From assembly GCA_029259185.1 (NCBI GenBank), contig JAPDJF010000052.1, forward strand, positions 1 to 12,211: a stretch of 12,211 nt of DNA, in the 5' to 3' direction. The translations under genes were made by a program, and so were the position numbers. The DNA is from Hadesarchaea archaeon. Its GTDB lineage: Archaea; Hadarchaeota; Hadarchaeia; Hadarchaeales; WYZ-LMO6. Of the stretch, positions 1 through 7,312 are shown one piece after another; the first letter of the stretch is position 1, and every line of letters starts with the position of its first letter. The notes under the pieces were generated by a model. That model had not been told where the DNA came from. It ran no database searches and saw only the letters and a program-made list of their open reading frames with translations.

Positions 1-705
1 CTCCACCCACCCCCCACTCACCGTTAGTTTGGCCATGATGTTATCGGCTTGAAGCGTCAAGGTGAAGTCCGTTCCCTCCCCACTCGTTTCTTCGTCTCCA
101 AACTTGAATTTCCTCACCCTGATCTCCTCCCCCCTATTTTCGGCTTTGACCCTGAGAGGAATCCCAAACACCGTGGTCTTGAAATCGAGCTTCTCCCCCA
201 TGTCCAGCTTTTCCATCCTTAAGATCTGAGTGGAACTCAACTTGATTTCAAAGTTCTCAGAACCTCCGAAGAGAGACATCACCGCTTGTACCTCCGGTTT
301 CGCAGGATCCCAGTTCGCGGTTTTACACAGATACCTGAGCCAGCCGAGCTTCCCCGAGTCCACAGTGTTGGGGATGGCTTTTCCTCGATTTTCCTCGGCC
401 AAACCAAGAACCTCTAAGGTCGTGACATCGTTCTCCCAGCCGAGCGGTCTACCGGATGTCTTGATGAGAACCTCCGAAGCATCGTTCGCGATCCGCTCCA
501 ACGAATAGCGAGACATGGTGCTCTCCGCCCGCTGACGCGCCTGTTTCAGGGCGAATCCAGAAGTACTGATCACGATCGCCACCAGGGTGATTGCCAGAAA
601 CATGTCAAGGGTGAAAACTTGCCCACTCTCACCCCCCTTCCGATGAAACCTCAGCCCGGAGCCTTTCCACGATGATTCATGGCCGCTCTCGTCCATCGGC
701 ACCAT
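1..705 (-). CDS. Pilus-operon protein with class III-like signal peptide (partial, runs off left edge; start at 705 or 696)
   Basis: Not in the ORF track. Manual translation gives MVPMDESG...RKGGESG|QVFTLDMFLAITLVAIVISTSG, then LERIANDASEVLIKTSGRP.GWE; the frame appears open to position 1. Co-oriented with the pilin genes. Confidence 0.8.
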   Translation of the reverse strand, partial: MVPMDESGHESSWKGSGLRFHRKGGESGQVFTLDMFLAITLVAIVISTSGFALKQARQRAESTMSRYSLERIANDASEVLIKTSGRPLGWENDVTTLEVLGLAEENRGKAIPNTVDSGKLGWLRYLCKTANWDPAKPEVQAVMSLFGGSENFEIKLSSTQILRMEKLDMGEKLDFKTTVFGIPLRVKAENRGEEIRVRKFKFGDEETSGEGTDFTLTLQADNIMAKLTVSGGWVE

Positions 706-725
706 TTGAGAACTCGGTCGGGTGT

Positions 726-1127
726 CTATCTCACCACCCTCTCCACCTCAACCACCACATCGTACGTGTAATAGCTTGTCTTCACAGGATAAGCGTTCCG
801 GGGAAAATCTCCAGCTATCGCTTGGTGGATGAACCTCAGCGCGTCTTCCCTCACCTCGTTTTCGATTGTCTGGTCATGGGGTGGTGGCCCTCCCACGACT
901 AGAAGGGAAATGGAAACCTCGCCGTTTTTAAAAGATACCTTCTCGATCCAAATGGTGACCCCATACTCGGCCTCAAGCGCGATGATGGCGTTCTCGGCTC
1001 CCAAGGAGGCGGCGGATTTGACGATTTCGACTTCTCTAGACAAGTTTCCAGCGTATACGATGGAGGTGGCGGTTAACACGATCACCCCTATCAGGATCAA
1101 CGTTTCAACACTCGCTTGTCCCCTCAT
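726..1127 (-). CDS. Type IV pilin-like protein, class III signal peptide (DUF361-like)
   Basis: MRG|QASVETLILIGVIVL: Gly -1, Gln +1, Glu +5, hydrophobic helix. ATGA overlap with the upstream gene. Confidence 0.88.
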   Translation of the reverse strand: MRGQASVETLILIGVIVLTATSIVYAGNLSREVEIVKSAASLGAENAIIALEAEYGVTIWIEKVSFKNGEVSISLLVVGGPPPHDQTIENEVREDALRFIHQAIAGDFPRNAYPVKTSYYTYDVVVEVERVVR

Positions 1128-1543
1128 ACGTTTGCGACCTCCACGCGGTCGTTCTCCCAGTAGATCCGGATGGGCTTTGAGGGATCCAGCTGGTGAATCA
1201 ATACGTTGCAGACTACCCCCGTTTTTACCTCGGGTCCCGAAGAGGGTTTCACGACGATCTCTCGAGTGGAATCGTCGAAGCTCACCGAGTATTCATCTCC
1301 CCCGATTTTTTCAGGTAAATCGATACGGAGTTCGAGTTCCGGTCCATTAGCGTAAACGGTGTTTATGGATGCTGCCAGTTTCTCCCCCACCACTTTGGCT
1401 TCCAGAGTAGTTTCAGCGGATTTCGCGACGATCAATCTCGATCGGTGAAGGTTCGAAAGAGAGGAAAAAACGAGCACGAGTAGAGCAAATGCAAGCAAGA
1501 GATCCATCGAGAAAAATCCTTCGCTCGATCTCACTTTACGCAT
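1124..1543 (-). CDS. Pilin-like protein with variant class III signal peptide
   Basis: MRKVRSSEG|FFSMDLLLAFALLVLVF. Shares the pattern LAASINTVYANG with its neighbours (IAEAMNTVYGNG, IKNALNTVYAGG). Confidence 0.8.
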   Translation of the reverse strand: MRKVRSSEGFFSMDLLLAFALLVLVFSSLSNLHRSRLIVAKSAETTLEAKVVGEKLAASINTVYANGPELELRIDLPEKIGGDEYSVSFDDSTREIVVKPSSGPEVKTGVVCNVLIHQLDPSKPIRIYWENDRVEVANV

Positions 1544-1988
1544 CCCCCGGCTTTATCCTGATGTATATCCTTTGACCCTCCTGGACCAGATTTTCCTCTT
1601 CTGTCCATTCAACGATAACCGTGTAAGTCCCGGCCGGAATACTCCTCAGGCTAGCATCGAAAGCATACTCGACAGCACTTCCGACGTTCTCCGTCCTGTC
1701 CGAGATCCCGATGCTTACCTTCACCTCGGGAGGATTTCTGGTCAATAGCAGGTCCCACCGATGCTCTAGGCTGACCAGAACAGACCGGACGGCACCGCTC
1801 CCGTTTCCGTAAACGGTGTTCATAGCCTCGGCAATGATATCGGAGGCGAGCCTAGCTTGGGAGAGCAACGATATATCTCTTGATGCCTCCCGAGAGGGAT
1901 CTATCAGTTGGGTTGAGGTGAGGGTAGCTACGGTGATCAGCATGACTACGAATATCAAGAGATATTCGGTGGCGGCTTGACCCCGCAA
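1536..1988 (-). CDS. Type IV pilin-like protein, class III signal peptide (DUF361-like)
   Basis: TTG start with GGGTGA RBS. MRG|QAATEYLLIFVVMLI (Q+1, E+5). Confidence 0.88.
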   Translation of the reverse strand: MRGQAATEYLLIFVVMLITVATLTSTQLIDPSREASRDISLLSQARLASDIIAEAMNTVYGNGSGAVRSVLVSLEHRWDLLLTRNPPEVKVSIGISDRTENVGSAVEYAFDASLRSIPAGTYTVIVEWTEEENLVQEGQRIYIRIKPGDA

Positions 1989-1992
1989 ACGT

Positions 1993-2514
1993 TCACCCGC
2001 CTCGAATAGTGATATATCTTCGACCCCCTCTGTACTCGTAAATGAGGGTCACCTGGTGGAGACCTTGGGCGATTCCAAAGTTTTCGTCGTTGATGATCAA
2101 CGAGTTTTCGTTCACCCCACTCGGGAGGATCGTGTTCAGGAGCACCACAGCCTCCATCTTGTTGTCCCACTGTCCGTCTTCGTTTAAATCCAGCCAGATC
2201 TGAACATCCATACGATTGTCCGAACTCACCACCCCATCGCTCGTGACTATCCCATCGGTGCTGGCGTTCGCGTGAATTCCGACGATCCCCTCAGGTAGGC
2301 GGTATCCGAAAACTACTCTAGATCCAACTCCACCCGCATAAACCGTGTTGAGAGCATTCTTTATATCCAGTGCGGCTTTGCGTGCGTAGGCGAGCTTAGA
2401 GATTTTGTCAGCGTCATCCCGTGAATGCTGGTACATGGGGATCGAAATGGCGTAGGCTATCAGCAACACTCCCGAAAGGACGACGATGAACTCGATGCTG
2501 AGCTGACCCCTCAT
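1993..2514 (-). CDS. Type IV pilin-like protein, class III signal peptide; first gene of the operon
   Basis: MRG|QLSIEFIVVLSGVLLIA (Q+1, E+5). Contains a DLNEDG motif. Confidence 0.88.
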   Translation of the reverse strand: MRGQLSIEFIVVLSGVLLIAYAISIPMYQHSRDDADKISKLAYARKAALDIKNALNTVYAGGVGSRVVFGYRLPEGIVGIHANASTDGIVTSDGVVSSDNRMDVQIWLDLNEDGQWDNKMEAVVLLNTILPSGVNENSLIINDENFGIAQGLHQVTLIYEYRGGRRYITIRGG

Positions 2515-2534
2515 CTCTTTCTCTTATAGGGATT

Positions 2535-2546
2535 GAAAATAATTAA
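2535..2546 (-). promoter_or_regulatory. Probable TATA box of the pilin operon
   Basis: TTAATTATTTTC lies about 25-30 nt upstream of ATG 2514, the spacing expected for a leaderless archaeal transcript. Confidence 0.5.
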
Positions 2547-2800
2547 GTGACCTCCTCCCTCGCTTTCGCAGGGGGGCTTCCACTTTTCCCTCGCGCTTCG
2601 CGGAAGCTTTCCCCGCTTTAGCGTGCTCTAGCCCCTGCTTCATCCACCGACCCGATCCCATCCCCCTTCGGGCGGTTACGGAGATCCAATGCCCATCCTA
2701 CCCGCCTCGTGCAGGTCATCGGTTTTCCAGGGCGTTGGGTTCGGGGTGACCCTCCCCACCTCCCGGAAGATTTTCGGCTCTCATCCCCAGCTCTCCCAGG
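2547..2800 (-). ncRNA. Orphan TnpB omegaRNA-like structured RNA ending in an IS200/IS605 right end (5' boundary uncertain, about 2760-2860)
   Basis: The 3' end reads GAAG-CCCCCCTGCGAAAGCGAGGGAGGAGG-TCAC (GAAG guide with TCAC cleavage motif). Scaffold-like motifs: CCCGAACCCAACGCCCTGGA, an ACCGAT/GTCGGT stem and GATGAAGCAGGG with CCCTG/CAGGG complementarity. No tnpB-like ORF is adjacent. Confidence 0.65.
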
Positions 2801-2871
2801 GGGCCCGCCGACAGAGTTAAACCGGTTTACGAATTTCGCCAACTACCTACCAGCGCCCCGGAGCCGATGGC

Positions 2872-2886
2872 GAGAGCTTTTAATTT
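2872..2886 (+). promoter_or_regulatory. Probable BRE/TATA of the aro operon
   Basis: GAGAGC-TTTTAAT about 30 nt upstream of the TTG start at 2915. Confidence 0.55.
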
Positions 2887-2914
2887 CGAGGCAGGTAATT
2901 AACATAGTGATGAT

Positions 2915-3715
2915 TTGTCCGAAATAGGCAAACGCATCCGCTTGGAACGCATAATCGATAGGAGGACGAAGCGAACGCTGATAGTCCCGATGGATCACGG
3001 GCTGAGCATGGGGCCAATCGCTGGGCTCGAGGATATGGAAGAAATGATAGATAAAGTCGCTAGAGGAGGTGCGAACGCAGTGGTGCTCCACAAGGGTATC
3101 GTGCGAGCAGGCCACAGGGGATACGGTAAGGACATTGGACTCATCGTCCACCTTTCGGGAAGTACTTCTTTGGGGCCGGATCCGAATTGCAAGGTGTCGG
3201 TGGCCACGGTAGAGGAAGCGGTGAAGCTGGGGGCGGATGGAGTGTCCGTACACATCAACGTCGGGGCCCCCAATGAGCTTGAGCAGCTCAAGCATTTGGG
3301 GGAGGTGGCCGAAGCCTGTGATCGTTGGGGAATGCCGTTGTTCGCGATGATGTACCCCCGGGGGCCGAAAATAAAAAAGGAACACGACTCCACCGTGGTC
3401 GCTCACGCGGCAAGGGTAGGGGCGGAACTCGGAGCCGACATAGTGAAGACCGTTTACACAGGGGATATCGATTCCTTCCGGAAGGTGGTGCGCGGGTGCC
3501 CCGTGCCCATAGTGATAGCTGGTGGGCCCAAAATGGAAACGGATAAGGATGTGTTGAGGCTCGCAAGCGAAGCCGTCGAGGCTGGTGCGATAGGGGTTTC
3601 CATAGGCAGAAACGTGTTTCAGCACCGGAATCCGGTGGCGATGATAAAAGCCTTAGCGAAGATAATCCACGAGAAGAGCACGGTGGAAGAGGCTATGCAA
3701 GAGTTCAAGCGGTGA
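2915..3715 (+). CDS. aroA': 2-amino-3,7-dideoxy-D-threo-hept-6-ulosonate synthase (DhnA-type class I aldolase, MJ0400 family)
   Basis: [23 protein letters not shown] (Schiff-base Lys), IAGGPK and GRNVFQH motifs; directly upstream of aroB'. Confidence 0.93.
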   Translation: MSEIGKRIRLERIIDRRTKRTLIVPMDHGLSMGPIAGLEDMEEMIDKVARGGANAVVLHKGIVRAGHRGYGKDIGLIVHLSGSTSLGPDPNCKVSVATVEEAVKLGADGVSVHINVGAPNELEQLKHLGEVAEACDRWGMPLFAMMYPRGPKIKKEHDSTVVAHAARVGAELGADIVKTVYTGDIDSFRKVVRGCPVPIVIAGGPKMETDKDVLRLASEAVEAGAIGVSIGRNVFQHRNPVAMIKALAKIIHEKSTVEEAMQEFKR

Positions 3716-4833
3716 ATGGTTTGGGCCGAAAGATCTTTTGGGTTCGCGTGAATCGAGCTGGATCTTGGGAGGACAAAAGAAAGTTCGTATTGGCGGCGAT
3801 CGAGGCCGGTGCGAATGCGGTCGTGGTTCCCCCCCCGGATGCTGAGAGGGTGAGGGAAGCTGGCTTCGTCGAGGTCGTTTCCGAGGATCCTGCACCCGGG
3901 GTGGGGGTGGTGATGAAGAAACTCGGTTCCACCCAAGAGCTGGGCGGACTCCCGTCTCTGGTCGGGAGGCTGAGGGGAGAAGGGAGGAAAACCGCGATCG
4001 TTGTGGAAGTGGTGGACAAGGAAACGGAGCGGGCGGCTGTTAGGGCTGGTGAAATAGCGGACTTCGTCGTCGTGGCGGGAAAGGATTGGAAGATAATCCC
4101 CCTGGAGAACATAATCGCGGAACTCCACCAGAGGGGGGGAAAGCTGTTGGCTGTGGTCGAGAGTGCGGAGGAAGCAAGAGTCGTGCTCGAAACGCTTGAG
4201 GTAGGAACGGATGGAGTATTGCTTGATCCCGAAGGGGTGGACGAGATAAGGAAGACGGGTGAGATCGTGTCAAAGATCTCGATCGGTAAGATCGAACTCG
4301 TCCCCGCAAAGGTTCTGAAAGTGAAGGCAGCGGGAATTGGTGACAGGGCGTGTGTGGACACATGCTCCATCCTGAAAGAGGGGGAGGGAATGCTGGTCGG
4401 TAGCCAGGCTGAGGGAATGTTCTTGGTTCACTCGGAGACCCTGAACACGGAGTTCGTGGAATCGCGTCCGTTTCGAGTGAACGCTGGAGCGGTGCATGCT
4501 TATATCCTCCTCCCTGATGAGAAGACCAAATATCTGTCTGAGCTCTCCGCCGGAGACGAGGTTCTAGTGGTGGATGCGGATGGAAACACGAGGTCTGAGG
4601 TGGTAGGGCGGGTGAAGATAGAGCGTCGTCCGCTCGTGCTCGTCGAGGCAGAGGCTCGAGGACGCGTGATAAAGACCCTCCTTCAAAATGCAGAGACGAT
4701 AAACTTGGTTGGCGGGGATGGGAGACCGGTCTCGGTCACGAAGTTGAGGGAGGGGGATGAGGTCCTCGTTCACTTGGGTCAGAAGGGAAGGCATTTTGGT
4801 GTGGCCGTAGAAGAAACGGTGATCGAGAAGTGA
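3712..4833 (+). CDS. aroB': 3-dehydroquinate synthase II (MJ1249 family)
   Basis: [51 protein letters not shown] and GRHFG motifs. GTGA overlap with aroA'. Confidence 0.96.
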   Translation: MNGLGRKIFWVRVNRAGSWEDKRKFVLAAIEAGANAVVVPPPDAERVREAGFVEVVSEDPAPGVGVVMKKLGSTQELGGLPSLVGRLRGEGRKTAIVVEVVDKETERAAVRAGEIADFVVVAGKDWKIIPLENIIAELHQRGGKLLAVVESAEEARVVLETLEVGTDGVLLDPEGVDEIRKTGEIVSKISIGKIELVPAKVLKVKAAGIGDRACVDTCSILKEGEGMLVGSQAEGMFLVHSETLNTEFVESRPFRVNAGAVHAYILLPDEKTKYLSELSAGDEVLVVDADGNTRSEVVGRVKIERRPLVLVEAEARGRVIKTLLQNAETINLVGGDGRPVSVTKLREGDEVLVHLGQKGRHFGVAVEETVIEK

Positions 4834-4852
4834 AGACGGTGGTCCTCTGGGA

Positions 4853-5554
4853 GTGATCCAACTGGGGAGGCGGAGGGTGAAGACTCCTGCGGTGTGTGGC
4901 TCGGTGATGGGGAGGACCGTGGAGGAGATGGAAATAATGAAATCGAAAGCACTGGATTCCGGTGCCGATCTCATCGAGTTGAGGGTGGATAGACTGAAGA
5001 GCTTCAGAGGGTGGGAGAGGCTGTTGGAGGATGATTTGCCCATGATCCTCACCAACCGCTCCAGCAGGGAGGGTGGGTTCTTCAGAGGCCCGGATTCGGA
5101 GAGGATAAACGTTTTGATTCAAGGGATGGAAAAGGGTGTCCCTTGCGTGGACATCGAGCTATCCACCCCTCCGGGATTATGCGATAAGGTGCTGTCCCAA
5201 GCCAGATGGGAGGGAACGACCGCTATAATATCTTTCCATGACTTCTCCAAAACTCCTCCCCCAAAGACCCTCCGCAAGATCGCGAGGCGAATAGAATCCA
5301 AGGGAGATATAGCCAAAATAGTGACGTTGGCTAGAAATCTAGAGGACGTGATCCGCTTGTTAGATTTCGTGGGGGGGGCGAAGTTATCAATCCCTCTGAT
5401 ATCTTTCGCCATGGGGGAGGTGGGATCCCTGACCAGGATCATATCCCCCCTCCTCGGTTCACCGATCGTGTACGCCTCCGTTGGGAAGCCCACAGCTCCT
5501 GGGCAGTTCGACGTCGGAACCGCTAAGCGCTTGCTCCATCTGGTGGGGGCATGA
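4853..5554 (+). CDS. aroD: Type I 3-dehydroquinate dehydratase
   Basis: DLIELRVD, TNR..EGG, VDIEL, SFHDF (catalytic His), DIAKIV (Schiff-base Lys) and APGQ motifs. Confidence 0.95.
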   Translation: MIQLGRRRVKTPAVCGSVMGRTVEEMEIMKSKALDSGADLIELRVDRLKSFRGWERLLEDDLPMILTNRSSREGGFFRGPDSERINVLIQGMEKGVPCVDIELSTPPGLCDKVLSQARWEGTTAIISFHDFSKTPPPKTLRKIARRIESKGDIAKIVTLARNLEDVIRLLDFVGGAKLSIPLISFAMGEVGSLTRIISPLLGSPIVYASVGKPTAPGQFDVGTAKRLLHLVGA

Positions 5555-6435
5555 TCACAGCTCGGACTGAGGTTTTCGCTCTCATCGGGGATCCCGTGGA
5601 GAAGAGTCTCTCCCCAGTGATGTACAATGCTGCATTTCGATTCTTCGAAATGGACAGCGTCTATGTCGCTTTGCGCGTGCCCCCCTCCTCCTTGCGGGAG
5701 GCCGTCTCCGGAATGAGGGCGATGGGTATCAAAGGGTTCAACGTGACCCATCCCCACAAGACCAAAATCCTCAGGCTGCTTGATGGGCTAGACCAATCGG
5801 CGGAGGAGGTTGGAGCGGTAAACACGGTTAGGAGGGTGGGTAATAAATTGGTGGGGTTTAACACGGACGGTCAGGGAGCGATCAAGTTCCTCAAGGAGGA
5901 GATAGGCTCCTTGAAAGGGAAGAAGGTCGTGATACTGGGAGCGGGGGGTGCGGCAAGGGCTTTGGCCTTCACGCTCACGAGGGAGGGAGCTAACCTCACC
6001 ATTGCGAATCGGACGGTGTCGAAGGCGAGGAGGCTGGTTTCGGAGCTGGAGGGGATTGAAGTCGAGCTTTCCTGGTGCGGTCTCGAAAGGAGAGTACTGA
6101 GGAAAATTCTAAAGGAGGCCGACGTGTTGGTGAACGCCACTCCGGTGGGCATGGGGGGGCGGGAGACGCTCGTGCGTTCGGATATGATGGACTCTTCCCT
6201 TTTCGTGTTCGATCTGATCTACTACCCCCTTGAGACCGCGCTGATGCGAGAGGCGAGGAAAGCGGGAGCTAAGGCGGTAAACGGACTCGGGATGCTCATC
6301 AACCAAGCGGTCTTGGCCTTCAAGATATTCACGGGCAAGGATGTCCCCCCACGCGTGCTCAAGGAAGCTGTAAGACTTCAGTTGGGAAAGATCGGGGTCA
6401 ACTACCCTTCCCTAAAGGATGGGCTTGCAGGGTGA
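5551..6435 (+). CDS. aroE: Shikimate dehydrogenase; last 12 residues and stop codon are supplied by the IS right end
   Basis: SLSP, GFNVTHPHK, GAVNT, NTDG, GAGGAARA, NRT, NATPVG and GLGMLINQA motifs. The tail VNYPSLKDGLAG reads through the IS end from 6397. Confidence 0.95.
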   Translation: MITARTEVFALIGDPVEKSLSPVMYNAAFRFFEMDSVYVALRVPPSSLREAVSGMRAMGIKGFNVTHPHKTKILRLLDGLDQSAEEVGAVNTVRRVGNKLVGFNTDGQGAIKFLKEEIGSLKGKKVVILGAGGAARALAFTLTREGANLTIANRTVSKARRLVSELEGIEVELSWCGLERRVLRKILKEADVLVNATPVGMGGRETLVRSDMMDSSLFVFDLIYYPLETALMREARKAGAKAVNGLGMLINQAVLAFKIFTGKDVPPRVLKEAVRLQLGKIGVNYPSLKDGLAG

Positions 6436-6525
6436 TCATCATGTCCGAAGACACTCAGACCCACACGGGGCCGGTTGACGGGGCGGCCCATGGAGGGAGA
6501 GCCGGCTCTCCGCTCCAAGTTCACG
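6397..6525 (-). ncRNA. Putative omegaRNA (right-end RNA) overlapping the tnpB 3' end
   Basis: GC-rich stems (GGGCCGCCCCGTCAACCGGCCC) followed by the right-end hairpin. Established architecture for TnpB elements; 5' boundary approximate. Confidence 0.55.
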
Positions 6526-7226
6526 CGGGCAACCCATCTCCCCTCCTTCGAGCCGAGCCGTTTCAGCCTGCGCTTGGCAGACGGCTTGCCTTTGGCTTGG
6601 AGGGAGGAGCGCAAGGCTCGAAAGTGCTGTCTTCGTTTGAGAATACCTTTGCCCCTGACCTTGAAGCCGTTGGAAGCGACGAGCAAATTGTTCATTCCCG
6701 CATCAACAGCGGCTGGGTTATCTCCTTTTGGCTCCGGGACTTCTCGCTCGACGGTGATGTGCAGGAAGAACCGCTTGTTCTTGTAGGTGAGCACGGCGTG
6801 GGTCGGCTTGACACCCTCGAGCAGTTTCCGCTGGTATTCGCCTATTTTGAGCGGGGGCTTGATCCGCTTCTGAACCGTTGCGATGGAGGCGTGCCACCCG
6901 TCGGGCTTCTCGAACACACGGAAGAGCCTAGCGTCGAGGTCGAGCGAGAGCTTGTCGAACCGGAGGAGCCTGTTCCGCCTTTGCTTGTATGCTTTGGCCA
7001 CCCGATCCCTGGCGCGGATTGCGAGGTTCGCAGGCAGGCCGAATTTGGCCCTGGTATCTCTGTAAACCATGTGGTGCAGGGCGACGGGGTTGAACACCCT
7101 GCGCTCGAAGGCGATCTTGGAGATGTGGTTGCAGGCATCCCGAAAAGCCTGGAGCGTGGCGAGGAGCTTATGCCGTTCCTCGTCGCTGAGCTCAAGCCTG
7201 CACGCGACGGTCTTGGCGAGCCTCAT
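6402..7226 (-). CDS. tnpB: TnpB, internally deleted and predicted nuclease-dead (may be a pseudogene)
   Basis: N-terminal FRDACNHIS, wedge-region IGEYQ and FFLHITVE, RuvC-I AVDAG, and bridge helix RRLKRLGSKEGRWV, which then joins directly to ARVNL. No RuvC-II Glu segment, no CxxC pairs, no RuvC-III Asp. Confidence 0.85.
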   Translation of the reverse strand: MRLAKTVACRLELSDEERHKLLATLQAFRDACNHISKIAFERRVFNPVALHHMVYRDTRAKFGLPANLAIRARDRVAKAYKQRRNRLLRFDKLSLDLDARLFRVFEKPDGWHASIATVQKRIKPPLKIGEYQRKLLEGVKPTHAVLTYKNKRFFLHITVEREVPEPKGDNPAAVDAGMNNLLVASNGFKVRGKGILKRRQHFRALRSSLQAKGKPSAKRRLKRLGSKEGRWVARVNLERRAGSPSMGRPVNRPRVGLSVFGHDDHPASPSFREG

Positions 7227-7250
7227 CAGAACAGCGTATATGCATTTTCA

Positions 7251-7257
7251 CTTAAAA
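7251..7257 (-). promoter_or_regulatory. TATA box of tnpB
   Basis: TTTTAAG about 25 nt upstream of ATG 7226. Confidence 0.55.
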
Positions 7258-7312
7258 CCCCTCCGCAGTTCCTCCCCGCCTTAAAAGGTCGGGTCTCTTC
7301 GCGGTGGTCGAG

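Larger units (their letters stand above)
6397..7312 (-). mobile_element. Non-autonomous IS200/IS605 (IS1341-type, tnpB-only) element, 916 bp
   Basis: Right end: CAAG-CCCATCCTTTAGGGAAGGG-TAGT-TGAC. Left end: TCAT|CTCGACCACCGCGAA-GAGA-CCCGACCTTTTAAGGCGGGG, with 15 nt between target and guide as in IS608. Contains tnpB; no tnpA. Confidence 0.85.

Noticed and set aside
230-1350. Plus-strand ORFs 230-508, 672-902 and 829-1350
   Set aside because: Antisense shadows of the pilin-like genes.
2547-2870. RNase P RNA, SRP RNA or group I intron as the identity of the structured region
   Set aside because: I could not find the RNase P P4 motifs, the SRP helix 8 motif or group I core motifs on either strand; the IS605 right-end motifs fit better.
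2618-2927. ORFs 2618-2842 (-) and 2709-2927 (+)
   Set aside because: Gly/Arg/Pro-rich translations of a GC-rich structured region with no TnpB or other family motifs.
2843-6306. Long minus-strand ORFs opposite the aro genes (e.g. 2843-3625, 3705-4370, 5119-5757)
   Set aside because: Antisense shadows of clearly identifiable genes.
6402-7226. Cas12f/Cas14 CRISPR effector
   Set aside because: No repeat-spacer array is visible in the window, and the gene is bounded by IS200/IS605 ends.
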